A DNA stretch of 54,986 bases from a virus (lineage: Duplodnaviria > Caudoviricetes), in IMG/VR virus record IMGVR_UViG_3300037246_001629, positions 1 to 54,986 of that record; one strand, given 5' to 3'. The position numbers and the translations under genes were made by a program. The notes beneath the pieces are model-generated. The model saw only the letters and a list, made by a program, of their open reading frames with translations, ran no database searches and had not been told where the DNA came from. Shown here piece after piece: positions 37,919 through 47,470 of this stretch. Positions within the stretch are counted from its first letter, which is position 1, and the number at the start of each line of letters is the position of its first letter.

Positions 37919-38331
37919 ATATTCGACATAAATATTATCGTTTCCAAAATTGGTTGCAAAGAAAAGAGACTGAAAAAATTCTCAGAGAAATGAAAAAATG
38001 CTACATTCGAATTGTGAAAAAATGTGATGTGGGTAATTGTACTCATAAGGCAGGATGGCAGTGTTTACGATGCGGATTTAGAATATGTTCTGGTGATTGT
38101 CATGATCTAGATATAAAGGAATATCCTGGTGATGGAACAGATTATTGTTTAGGTTGTGCAGAATACCATGAGGAATACGAAGAAGTAGTATCTCTTTCCA
38201 GTTCTCTTGTAATACATGACAAATCATATTTTAACACATGTGATGATTGCAGCAAGAAGTTTGAGACTGGAGATTTTTACAGGCATTTCCGTACAGGTGA
38301 GATAAAAATGTATAGGGAGACTAAACAATGA
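37915..38331 (+). CDS. B-box/HIT-like zinc-finger protein
   Basis: CDVGNC...CLRC...C...CH...CLGC. Confidence 0.6.
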   Translation: MNIRHKYYRFQNWLQRKETEKILREMKKCYIRIVKKCDVGNCTHKAGWQCLRCGFRICSGDCHDLDIKEYPGDGTDYCLGCAEYHEEYEEVVSLSSSLVIHDKSYFNTCDDCSKKFETGDFYRHFRTGEIKMYRETKQ

Positions 38332-38649
38332 AAATAGATATTTCTAAAACTATACGCAACTTCATTCACTTCGTGAAATATAGACATAAACTGGATATGA
38401 TGTACGTTCTAAATGTCGATATTAATTTTTCTCCAATTAAATTTGAAAGAGATAATCATTGTGTTACTTGTAGAAAGGAGAATGAGAATCAATGATTAAA
38501 CCAATCACGCAATCAGAAATAGACAAACTGATAGAATATATAGAGGATATATCAGAATACACAAATCCTGATGGTGGAGGTGCATACCCTGCAGTAACAA
38601 AGATGAAGTCTCTTCTAACAAGAATTGATAATAAAGGAGTTGTCGCATA

Positions 38650-38868
38650 GTGAAACTGGAAATTTATGGTGAGAGGAAATATCTATACAGCGAACTCAAA
38701 GATGTTGCAGAGATAAAACAAGATATGGTTGCCAATAAAGAGAATAAGGATTATATCTCTAAGATCCTCACACATAAACTCACTGCACGATTATACAGGG
38801 CCTTATACAGTATAAGACCTGAATATCCAACAACTGAAGATTTAAGAGGAAGTGAGAATAATGGGTAA
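38650..38868 (+). CDS. Hypothetical protein
   Basis: 72-aa ORF. Confidence 0.5.
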   Translation: MKLEIYGERKYLYSELKDVAEIKQDMVANKENKDYISKILTHKLTARLYRALYSIRPEYPTTEDLRGSENNG

Positions 38869-39151
38869 GAAATATCCCCGAGATTATGATATATGCACTG
38901 GATGCAATAGCACTATCATGAATAAAACTACATTGCCAATTGTATGTAATGCATGTGCTAAAAAAGAACAGATGAATATAGAGATACTTACATGCCATAA
39001 TTGCGGTAAAGAGGAAAGCATTGATCATAGTAAAAGAGGTATCAAAAATCATGCTGAGAATGCTGAGAAATATCATGGCTGTTCAGATTGTGGACATATG
39101 CGAGTACCTGAAGAACCCAAAAGCGGAAGTGAGGTTAAATATGACAATTAA
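38852..39151 (+). CDS. Double Zn-ribbon protein
   Basis: Four CxxC pairs. Confidence 0.6.
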   Translation: MRIMGKKYPRDYDICTGCNSTIMNKTTLPIVCNACAKKEQMNIEILTCHNCGKEESIDHSKRGIKNHAENAEKYHGCSDCGHMRVPEEPKSGSEVKYDN

Positions 39152-39542
39152 AGAAGATGTTGAGCTGATATACAGAAATGCGATACATAACAATATTCCA
39201 GATTGTCCCTGTGCTAGATGTGATACAGGTGAATTACTTGTATCATTCATGAAAATTAAAGGAATACCGATTTCAGAATATCTGAATTATAAGATGGTAA
39301 AAGAGATCATCCGACAGCTCCCCATGGTAGAACGCGTATCGCGAACCATCAGAAATGATGAGGGAAAATTCAAAGGCAATGATTATATCGAGGAGATCCG
39401 CGATAGTAAGGCAAATGAACACCGCGTCAGCATGAAAAAGATACCTGTAAAAGTATGCAAATCATGCAGTGCAGATAATCCAAGTATGCTTACAATGAGA
39501 GGCATGTTTTGTAATAGAATCTGCTATGATAGGGGATATTGA
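39141..39542 (+). CDS. Hypothetical Zn-binding protein
   Basis: Start moved to 39141 (GAGGT RBS); CPCARC, CKSC...CNRIC. Confidence 0.6.
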   Translation: MTIKEDVELIYRNAIHNNIPDCPCARCDTGELLVSFMKIKGIPISEYLNYKMVKEIIRQLPMVERVSRTIRNDEGKFKGNDYIEEIRDSKANEHRVSMKKIPVKVCKSCSADNPSMLTMRGMFCNRICYDRGY

Positions 39543-39637
39543 TATGTTGGAGAAGTTAGGTATTAAATCAGCAATGTTTGTGTATTTCTTACTTTTATTA
39601 TTTTTATTTGCAGGTATATATACCGTTGAGGTGTTCC

Positions 39638-40414
39638 ATGAGTAAAATCAAAGGAGTATTCCGATATCCAGGAAGTAAAAACAAAGCAGCAAATGAAATT
39701 ATCTCATATTTTCCACAGCATGATTTATTTGCTGAGATATTCGGTGGTTCCGCTGCTGTGATTATCAGAAAAGAAATATCAAAAGTTGAGATATATAATG
39801 ATATCAGAAATGATCTAGTTAATTTATTTCAGGTACTAGTCCATAATTTTGATGAATTTGAGAATAAAGCACAATTCATGGTTAATTCACGATCATGGTT
39901 CTATGATATCAAAGAGGGGAAGTTACCCAATACAGATTCTATTGATAAGGCAATTAATACTTATTACACTCTTAAATTTTCATTTGCAGGTAGAAGATCA
40001 GGATGGCCTTTATCAATCAATCAGAATTCTAGACCATCAATAGATTTGAAATTCTTGAAAAAAATTAGTACGCGATTCTCACAAGTACAGATAACTGACT
40101 ATGATTATAAAAAAGCAATTACTAAAATTCAAGATCAGAATAAGGATCATAAAATTCTATATTATCTGGATCCCCCATATCCAGGTGTTAGATCAGAATT
40201 ATATGGTGAAAAATTTGATAATATCGAATTCGAGGAATTTTTGAATGAGATACAGGATCCATGGATCCTATCCTATCCTGCGAAGCTAGATGGATGGTAT
40301 TCAGTACCGATTAAAATACAGTATTCTCTTGTTAAACAAGAAATCGTCACAGAGTATCTTATATCCAATATTCCTTTTAAGAAAAGGTCATCACTGGAGA
40401 GGTTTATCAAATGA
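39638..40414 (+). CDS. dam: Dam-like (D12 class) DNA N6-adenine methyltransferase
   Basis: FRYPGSK, EIFGGS, YND, YLDPPY; start 39638 with GAGGTG RBS. Confidence 0.9.
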   Translation: MSKIKGVFRYPGSKNKAANEIISYFPQHDLFAEIFGGSAAVIIRKEISKVEIYNDIRNDLVNLFQVLVHNFDEFENKAQFMVNSRSWFYDIKEGKLPNTDSIDKAINTYYTLKFSFAGRRSGWPLSINQNSRPSIDLKFLKKISTRFSQVQITDYDYKKAITKIQDQNKDHKILYYLDPPYPGVRSELYGEKFDNIEFEEFLNEIQDPWILSYPAKLDGWYSVPIKIQYSLVKQEIVTEYLISNIPFKKRSSLERFIK

Positions 40415-40788
40415 AAAAACATCAAGCCGCGTATATTCCTGTGAATATCACGCGTAAAGAAGCACAGGAAATATTTGAACATGAATTAAAGCTTATGGGC
40501 CTAGAATTCACGCAAAGATATGATAATCATAATATATACAATATTAAAGGGAAATTAAATAATGATGTCCTCAGAAGTATGAGCATCAAATGGTATATCA
40601 GAGACCTAACCATGCAGGAAGCAAAACTTGCTGAAAAAACTAGGAAATTAAGAAAGGCAATGCATAAAAAAATTGCAAAGATATTTGGTGTTACTCCCAT
40701 TCAAATGGGAAGTTCAAACAGAAAACCAAAGAAAACTTTACCTCCAGAAGAGATAACAATAATTGAATTTATGGGGCCTAAACTGTGA
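40411..40788 (+). CDS. Hypothetical protein
   Basis: 125-aa coupled ORF. Confidence 0.6.
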   Translation: MKKHQAAYIPVNITRKEAQEIFEHELKLMGLEFTQRYDNHNIYNIKGKLNNDVLRSMSIKWYIRDLTMQEAKLAEKTRKLRKAMHKKIAKIFGVTPIQMGSSNRKPKKTLPPEEITIIEFMGPKL

Positions 40789-40980
40789 GTGGCAGTAACC
40801 ATTCAAGGAGACATTAATATGTGTAATTTATTCAGAAAATACGGACACAAATGGACCACATGCGATAAATGTGGTGAAAAAATAAAAGTTTGTGCGATAC
40901 ATGATACAGGCGAGAAAAAACATTACAAAGTATGTGGACCATGCTATGTGAGCTTTACAGAGGTAGTACAGAATGTTTGA
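40789..40980 (+). CDS. Small zinc-finger protein
   Basis: C..H..CDKC, CAIH...CGPC. Confidence 0.55.
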   Translation: MAVTIQGDINMCNLFRKYGHKWTTCDKCGEKIKVCAIHDTGEKKHYKVCGPCYVSFTEVVQNV

Positions 40981-41272
40981 GACTATTGATAAGAAACTGT
41001 TTCATCCTCAGCGGATTACTATGATTTATCTCATGATAATTCAGAAGGTGAATACTTTCAGAGGATTCAAAGATTATATTAATAATATTAGCGATGGAAA
41101 TCTTATATCTCATCTACGAGCACTGGAACAGGCAGGATTTATTATTATTGAGAAAACTATTAAGAATAATAAATACCGTACATTATACAAATTGTCAGTA
41201 ACTGGAGATAAAAAATTCAAAGAAATGCTTGAGGGTATGGTAATTATGGCAAACGAGGCTTACAATATATGA
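40973..41272 (+). CDS. Winged-helix transcriptional regulator (HTH_34/ArsR-like)
   Basis: HPQR...F......ISDGNLISHLRALEQAGFI..EK......RTLYKLS..G. Confidence 0.8.
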   Translation: MFETIDKKLFHPQRITMIYLMIIQKVNTFRGFKDYINNISDGNLISHLRALEQAGFIIIEKTIKNNKYRTLYKLSVTGDKKFKEMLEGMVIMANEAYNI

Positions 41273-41544
41273 GCTATGAAATCCTATCACCTGTTACCAG
41301 GATCCTGAAAAGAGGATTGTGTATTGTTGGATGGCACTTTGTCAATCATGATACGCTGATATGTGAATCATGTAAGAATTCATTCACTAAAGATTTCGAT
41401 AAGGGAATTCCATATTATCGGAAATCAAAGTATTACACATGTTTAGATGCAAAATGTGCTAAAGAATTCAAAGGAAAAGGACCTGGATTCTGTTCAGATA
41501 AATGTTCCATAGATCATATGGGAATATCAACGGAGGAGAACTAG
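41269..41544 (+). CDS. Zinc-finger protein
   Basis: C..GWH...CESC; C...C...FCSDKC. Confidence 0.6.
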   Translation: MSYEILSPVTRILKRGLCIVGWHFVNHDTLICESCKNSFTKDFDKGIPYYRKSKYYTCLDAKCAKEFKGKGPGFCSDKCSIDHMGISTEEN

Positions 41545-41952
41545 ATGTTTAGTTTTATCCGTACCCCATTATCGCATTTCTTCATGTGGTGGGGTCTAGT
41601 ATTTGATATGATTGCAGTCTGGATACATCCTAATAAAATTGTAGAGGAGGATCCTGAAATGTTCACTTATCACTTATCACAACTAAAAGAGAAATATCCA
41701 GATCTATACTCATCATTTGATATTGTAAAATATAAAGAAGAGAAATCAAAGAATCATTTCTGTAAGAATCTGGATGCTGATGAGGATATAACCATTTCAG
41801 AAAATAGAAGAGGCGGAATCACTCAGTATTGGCTGATTGATAGTAGTCGTGCATGTATATGCGGTCGTGAATCGGAATATGTTCTTATTATATTCTTTTG
41901 TCCATGGTGTGGAATAAAATTACCACCTAGAAAAATTAAGGAGAATAGCTAG
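41545..41952 (+). CDS. Hypothetical protein, N-terminal hydrophobic segment and Zn ribbon
   Basis: HFC...FFCPWCGIKL, similar to 25483..25680. Confidence 0.6.
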   Translation: MFSFIRTPLSHFFMWWGLVFDMIAVWIHPNKIVEEDPEMFTYHLSQLKEKYPDLYSSFDIVKYKEEKSKNHFCKNLDADEDITISENRRGGITQYWLIDSSRACICGRESEYVLIIFFCPWCGIKLPPRKIKENS

Positions 41953-41953
41953 A

Positions 41954-42226
41954 ATGTCAGACGATATTAATCCAATCCATAAGAAGATAAGAGATGAATT
42001 GTATTTTATTCTCAGAGAAGATAATGACGATCTGTACAGGCATGAATTTGTTACTACTATGTGTGTTAAATTCAAGATAACCAAATCGCTTGTATACAAG
42101 GAGATAGAGAAAGCAATTGATAGCGGAGACATTGAATACTTCAAACCATATCGACTTCCATTCGCAAGGGCCAAGGCAATGAGAATGGTTACCGAACCAG
42201 AAAGACCAAAAATAATTAAATTATAA
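41954..42226 (+). CDS. Winged-helix-like protein next to candidate origin
   Basis: ITKSLVYKEIEKAIDSGDIEY helix-wing pattern. Confidence 0.5.
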   Translation: MSDDINPIHKKIRDELYFILREDNDDLYRHEFVTTMCVKFKITKSLVYKEIEKAIDSGDIEYFKPYRLPFARAKAMRMVTEPERPKIIKL

Positions 42227-42264
42227 TTACTTAGATAAATGATTAATTAGTAGTAGTATATCAA

Positions 42265-42509
42265 CCCCCCCTCCGCATGATTTCCTACGGAAGTGTAAAA
42301 ATAATTTTTTAAAGCATGTAAAAAGCCTGAAAACGATGAATAATAGACCTATTTCTTATTCCATACGAAATAGCCTATATCAATAGACTCTTTTTCCGTT
42401 ACTAGAATTATAAATATATAAATAGAATCTATAGAAAATAGTCATATATACAAAACATGATTTTCTAGTTTTTTTCGCTCAAGTTTTTCCAGTTCATAGG
42501 AAATCATGC
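42265..42509. other. Candidate replication origin: inverted ORB-like boxes around an AT-rich core
   Basis: GCATGATTTCCTA (42275-42287) and its reverse complement (42497-42509); C7 run at 42265-42271. Confidence 0.45.
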
Positions 42510-42578
42510 TAGCACTGAGGTAGTTATAATACGATTGGTTTAAACAACAGTTAAGTAATAGTATTATAATATAAACAT

Positions 42579-42992
42579 GTGATTGATAACAAACCAGTCA
42601 AAATACATAATTATCATAAATTCCCATATCTAATAGATAGATCAAGTAATGTATATTCACAGCGAGGATTTATATTAACTCAGAGAAAGAACAAACCTGG
42701 ATATGTGATAGTTGATCTGCACAAAAAAGGAAAGAGCAAGCAGGTTGTGGTGCATAGACTAGTAGCATTGGCCTTTTTGAAAAACGAAAGAGATCCGTTT
42801 ATTTATAGATTAGTGGATCATATAGATGGAGATCTATTAAATAATAAAATCTGTAATCTACGCTGGATATCCCACAAAGAGAATATGCAATACACGAGAG
42901 AACGCGGTAATTATGAATTTGCAAACAGATTGGATGAATGGATTAATCTGAATCATAATCATAAAGTATGTATCTGTGAACTTAGCAAATAA
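42579..42992 (+). CDS. NUMOD4-type HNH homing endonuclease
   Basis: GYVIVDL, VHRLVALAF, VDHIDGDLLNN...NLRWISHKEN. Confidence 0.85.
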   Translation: MIDNKPVKIHNYHKFPYLIDRSSNVYSQRGFILTQRKNKPGYVIVDLHKKGKSKQVVVHRLVALAFLKNERDPFIYRLVDHIDGDLLNNKICNLRWISHKENMQYTRERGNYEFANRLDEWINLNHNHKVCICELSK

Positions 42993-43018
42993 TTCCTATG
43001 GAACCACTGGAGAAACTA

Positions 43019-43216
43019 TTACCGCCTTGAACATTTTCGGCAATGAAAAATTTTGGTATGGATGCATTTACAACAATGAAATTCATCATGATAATTGAAA
43101 GTATAGAGACAATCAGTAGCATTGCACATAACACATTCATTAGGTCGTATGTACCGCAAAAACGTGAGATAAAAAAATAATCTAAGATTGTGTCTTAATT
43201 CTACTTTTCGCGTCAT
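43019..43216 (-). CDS. Small Cys-rich protein (counter-strand)
   Basis: CVMC...HCCKC...CRKC. Confidence 0.45.
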   Translation of the reverse strand: MTRKVELRHNLRLFFYLTFLRYIRPNECVMCNATDCLYTFNYHDEFHCCKCIHTKIFHCRKCSRR

Positions 43217-43299
43217 AGTAATTCATAATAGAAAATTATGTTTTATTAATACATTTATAGAAATATATTTTTATATAAATTATAATTATATAAATAAGC

Positions 43300-43611
43300 A
43301 TGGAAAATAAAGAAAAAAGTAAAACAATTGCATTAAAAAATACAGTATTTAATATTTTTAAGAAGAATAAACGAAATTATATGGACCTTGAAGATTTCTC
43401 AACCTTCTCTGATTCTAAATTTATGAATATCCTGAATGATCTTTATCTTAAAAAATTGAAAGATATTATATTCAGTAAATTTACCAGGAATGAAAAGGTT
43501 GCTCTGTTATATGCACTGACTGATCATAAACATGATTGTGCTGTATGTCAGGATGACGAGAAATGTAATATCCGCAATCTGATTGAAGTTCTGGAGAATG
43601 AGACAGAATGA
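43300..43611 (+). CDS. Ribbon-helix-helix-like regulator with C-terminal Zn motif
   Basis: SKTIALKNTVF...SDSKFMNIL; HDCAVC...C; leaderless after TATA. Confidence 0.5.
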   Translation: MENKEKSKTIALKNTVFNIFKKNKRNYMDLEDFSTFSDSKFMNILNDLYLKKLKDIIFSKFTRNEKVALLYALTDHKHDCAVCQDDEKCNIRNLIEVLENETE

Positions 43612-43979
43612 AAGTTAAGACCAAAGCTACTGATGAATGCGAGAACTGTGCAACTGATCAGCAGCATTGTTTTCTTGGAGATCTCAGTTGTAATTGTAAA
43701 CGTTGCGATGATGCACTCAAACAGGAGGTATTTGCATATATCAATGAACATTGCGAAAGATGTTCTGCAAATTCATATATTCTGCTTGAGAATCATTATC
43801 TGACTGATAGAATGAAGAAGATTATTGAAAATGCCTCACATGATACATTGTATATGATGTGGTTATTTTATAATACTGAGGATAAAGATTGGTACAAGAC
43901 TGAGAAAGAGGAGGCAGTTTTTACTAAGGAATTCAATAAGAGTTGGATCCGTAGATTGATAAGGAAGATACGCACATGA
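43608..43979 (+). CDS. Cys-rich hypothetical protein
   Basis: CENC...HC...CNCKRC. Confidence 0.6.
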   Translation: MKVKTKATDECENCATDQQHCFLGDLSCNCKRCDDALKQEVFAYINEHCERCSANSYILLENHYLTDRMKKIIENASHDTLYMMWLFYNTEDKDWYKTEKEEAVFTKEFNKSWIRRLIRKIRT

Positions 43980-44371
43980 TTGATAGCGTGATGATTCAGC
44001 AGGCTCAATTTCAAACAGATGCATACATGTATCTCAACAAAAAATATATGATGGCTGCACTTGAAAAGTACATTCTAATAAATTATAATCCATTTATACA
44101 ATTACCAAAATGGGAAAATATGTCAGAGGATAATCAATTCAATGAACGTCATTTCTATTCTAATGAATTATTGGAGGCAATATCTGAATCACACCTTCCA
44201 TATGAATATAAATCCATAATAATTGAATTACTGGACAAATGGATTGAGAATAATACCAGGGTTGGATGGTTGCGAGCAGAACATGGTGAGTATGGTATGA
44301 CATCATTCAAAATATTGTATTATGATATGCTAAAAGCAATAGATCAGTTAGATATGGAGATGTTATCATGA
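43976..44371 (+). CDS. Hypothetical protein
   Basis: 131-aa coupled ORF. Confidence 0.55.
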   Translation: MIDSVMIQQAQFQTDAYMYLNKKYMMAALEKYILINYNPFIQLPKWENMSEDNQFNERHFYSNELLEAISESHLPYEYKSIIIELLDKWIENNTRVGWLRAEHGEYGMTSFKILYYDMLKAIDQLDMEMLS

Positions 44372-44549
44372 TTGAAATAAACTGCCCCTTCTGCGATGGA
44401 AAATCCGTCTCTGATATCATTGATAGAAAAGAGGAAGTAAAAGGACAATGGGAATGTGAAAATGGACATCAATTCATCGTGGAGTGGATTGCATAACTAG
44501 AGAATTTTTTGATCTGTATATAGAGGTAGGATCTATAAGCTGTCTTTCA

Positions 44550-44852
44550 ATGAAAGAGAATAGACCACTTGATGATCTGGAACATATAAGATTGCATTCA
44601 GTAGAGATGGAAGATCTGATCAAACAGATTCTTAAATATAAAGGTGAGATGAAATTTATCAGAAAACCTGTTAAGAAACTGGAAGAATTTTTCGCATACC
44701 TCGAGATGAATCCAAAGGAAAAATGTTTGATACTGGATACTAGACATGGTCCTGATACCTGCGGAACTGTTGATAGTGTGTATTGCAAGGCACATGAGAA
44801 ACCCTGTTCTTTATTTATCTGTTTCTGTAAAAGGAGATTTGAAAATGTGTAA
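44550..44852 (+). CDS. Hypothetical protein with Cys/His motif
   Basis: Start moved to ATG 44550. Confidence 0.5.
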   Translation: MKENRPLDDLEHIRLHSVEMEDLIKQILKYKGEMKFIRKPVKKLEEFFAYLEMNPKEKCLILDTRHGPDTCGTVDSVYCKAHEKPCSLFICFCKRRFENV

Positions 44853-45090
44853 TCGAAAAGATTGGAGTGATTGGGCGAACATATATAAAAATATGCCTAT
44901 GAAAGAGATCCATGCGAGAATAAGTGAATTGCGTGAGGAAATATTACAGATGGAGAAAAAAGTCGCTGCATTATCACTTCAGGAATATAATGTTACAGAG
45001 ATGAAGAATGAGAAGATAAAAGAATACCGCAATCTCACTCATGAGCGGACCTGCATTGAACTTACATTAGCATCAATGGCATTGGGATGA
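44845..45090 (+). CDS. Coiled-coil protein
   Basis: GGAG RBS before ATG 44845. Confidence 0.55.
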   Translation: MCNRKDWSDWANIYKNMPMKEIHARISELREEILQMEKKVAALSLQEYNVTEMKNEKIKEYRNLTHERTCIELTLASMALG

Positions 45091-45095
45091 TTTAG

Positions 45096-45356
45096 ATGTC
45101 AGTTTCGTATAAGCGATCAATCGAGAATGAAAAAAGAAATAATATAAAATACAAATGCCCCCTCTGTATTTACAACACAAGTTCATTTTCTAGATTAAAA
45201 GATCATGAGAATAATTTTGATCATGATAAATTAACAACTGTCCTGAATAAGCATGGTAAACATGATTATTCATGCAATGAGTGTGGATATCGCACTGTTA
45301 GTAAAGCTAGAATAAATAAGCATCTGAATAAACACAGGAATAAAAATGCGAAATAG
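45096..45356 (+). CDS. Tandem C2H2 zinc-finger protein
   Basis: YKCPLC.Y.....RLKDH....DH and YSCNECGY.....RINKHLNKH. Confidence 0.75.
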   Translation: MSVSYKRSIENEKRNNIKYKCPLCIYNTSSFSRLKDHENNFDHDKLTTVLNKHGKHDYSCNECGYRTVSKARINKHLNKHRNKNAK

Positions 45357-45600
45357 TTTCACAGATGGGTCTCAGTTTGATAATTATGATCGGCTTAGAT
45401 TATTATATGCAAACGTTGAGAAACCTGTAAAGGAATTGCATCAATGGGTTATCATATATGATGATCCATATCCAAAAACAGTATCTAGAATTAAATGCAG
45501 ATGCAACTCCAATCCAACCATGCATGAGATTGTAACAGAAACAAATACAAAGGTATGTACTGAATGCCATAAATTATCAACTAATAATACAGTACACTAA
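45346..45600 (+). CDS. Small Zn-ribbon protein
   Basis: CRC...CTEC. Confidence 0.55.
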   Translation: MRNSFTDGSQFDNYDRLRLLYANVEKPVKELHQWVIIYDDPYPKTVSRIKCRCNSNPTMHEIVTETNTKVCTECHKLSTNNTVH

Positions 45601-45623
45601 TAAAGTATACTTTAATTTATATA
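45591..45623 (+). promoter_or_regulatory. Operator AGTACACT-N5-AGTATACT plus TATA box
   Basis: Matches 23228-23260 in sequence and spacing. Confidence 0.6.
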
Positions 45624-45649
45624 TTCCCAATACAAATACATTATTAGCT

Positions 45650-46066
45650 ATGACACAATGTAATCATAATTTAAGGAAAGTTTACAGGCGAGATCAGACA
45701 AATAGAAAGGATCAGTATGTCCGTATTGATACACATGGATATTGCTTGGCCTGCATGTCAGTGGTAAAAGGTATTATTTTATCCGATTTTAAAACAATAC
45801 GCGAAAATTTTGAAGCCACTATAATACATCACTATCCAGAATTTCAAATGAATATAGTTTCTAAACTTCATAAAAAACTAGGATTTGTCACAGATCTTGA
45901 TAGTAATAAAATATGCTATACAATTCAAAATAATCCTGAGATGTTATTCAATATACTTGGAATGTTTGATTTATATCAGGCTAATACAGGATATACGGAA
46001 CTAGATAATACTGATTATGTGGTGATAGACTGGGATGAAATAAATGAGGTGTATGTAAATGAGTGA
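45650..46066 (+). CDS. Hypothetical protein
   Basis: Leaderless after TATA; CNH...CLAC. Confidence 0.6.
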   Translation: MTQCNHNLRKVYRRDQTNRKDQYVRIDTHGYCLACMSVVKGIILSDFKTIRENFEATIIHHYPEFQMNIVSKLHKKLGFVTDLDSNKICYTIQNNPEMLFNILGMFDLYQANTGYTELDNTDYVVIDWDEINEVYVNE

Positions 46067-46514
46067 GCCTAATTTATTAACCAATAGAACTACAGACGTG
46101 AAATGTGTCTGTCGGAAGAAAGATAAGGATTGCAAAGTACGAATTCTTTGGAAGTGTAAGAGATGTGGGATCTCTGCAATGTATGATTGTAATAGGTGTA
46201 TGGTATGCGATCCACATACCACTCATAAAGAAGTTACTTTGACTCACTGTTATGATTGTGGGATGACACCATGCGATGATTGTCAAATGGGTGAGAGTAA
46301 TTGTTGTACCGAACCACCAATGAATTTCGGAAAACCTCATGATTGCTTCTGTCAAAACTCTTGGAATACTGGATGCTGTTGTATGACCGCAACTCTTGAT
46401 GAAACACAGATGGAGTTCTGTCAGAATTGTCATGAATTTTCAGGTCTATTCGAAGAGGATGAACCAAGGAACATATTTGGAAGAATTATACAATGGATAA
46501 GGAGTTTCTTCTAA
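46059..46514 (+). CDS. Very Cys-rich protein
   Basis: More than 20 Cys in 151 aa; GAGGTG RBS. Confidence 0.65.
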   Translation: MSEPNLLTNRTTDVKCVCRKKDKDCKVRILWKCKRCGISAMYDCNRCMVCDPHTTHKEVTLTHCYDCGMTPCDDCQMGESNCCTEPPMNFGKPHDCFCQNSWNTGCCCMTATLDETQMEFCQNCHEFSGLFEEDEPRNIFGRIIQWIRSFF

Positions 46515-46894
46515 TGACCAGACTTGATACCATAAGTATTGAGGATGATCTTCAAGATGTTGTCTTAAAATCTTACTACAAGAGAAAATTGAAAATATCT
46601 ATTATTTCTAAGAATATGACATGGGATGAATTCAAAATTACATTTGATTGGTTACCTTTTGATTTAGTTGAGCAATTAGTAGATTTTAATAATACACATC
46701 GAAGAAATCCATACCAACATTTTAATGATTATAATACTCCTTTAAATATTGATAATTTCACATATCATATTACTGAGAGCGATGGAGAAAGAGTTTCAGG
46801 ATTATTTATTCATATGTGGAATAATATGGGTAGATTAGTAAAATTTGATACTTATAGAGTTGTAGCGTTTGATTGGAATGGGGATTTGTTCTAA
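46514..46894 (+). CDS. Hypothetical protein
   Basis: GGAG RBS, TAATG coupling. Confidence 0.6.
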   Translation: MTRLDTISIEDDLQDVVLKSYYKRKLKISIISKNMTWDEFKITFDWLPFDLVEQLVDFNNTHRRNPYQHFNDYNTPLNIDNFTYHITESDGERVSGLFIHMWNNMGRLVKFDTYRVVAFDWNGDLF

Positions 46895-47349
46895 TGTCAG
46901 AACGTAAACACTTTGAATTAGTGGGATATGTATCAGGTGAGAAAATCTATTGTCTAGAATGTTCTCAAAGTTTACCTGAATTACATGTTATAACTGGAAA
47001 TGTTATTTTTAGAGTAGCACTAGAATATTCACTTGCTAAAGAAAAGTGTGATAAATGTGAGCAACAAATAGTTCCAGATGATAATGATATCCGCAGGTGT
47101 AGAAAATGTTTGGTAGGCATATATCACGGTACGCTATGCAAGAGTGAAAAATGTGGAAAATCTAGTTTGCATGGAATAGAATTCAATGATTGTATTAGAT
47201 GTGTGAATAAGCCCTCTGAATTGATATGCAACCATTGTAATGAATATTTCTGTAAGGAATGTTTTGAGAAAGAAACAATTCCACATCAGATAAACTGGAC
47301 ACCTGAGGATCCAGAATATTATACGAATATAAGTAGTTGGTCGGGATGA
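46894..47349 (+). CDS. Multi-zinc-finger protein with C-terminal B-box-like motif
   Basis: CIRC......CNHCNEYFCKECF....PH. Confidence 0.65.
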   Translation: MSERKHFELVGYVSGEKIYCLECSQSLPELHVITGNVIFRVALEYSLAKEKCDKCEQQIVPDDNDIRRCRKCLVGIYHGTLCKSEKCGKSSLHGIEFNDCIRCVNKPSELICNHCNEYFCKECFEKETIPHQINWTPEDPEYYTNISSWSG

Positions 47350-47470
47350 ATTTATTCAAGAAATTTAAAGAGGAATATGATTCATGGGGATTTATGAACC
47401 TTTATGTTTTTTGGCTAATCACCGTGGATATAATCTTCATAATTATTTTTCTAATAGTAGAGGTTTTGTA

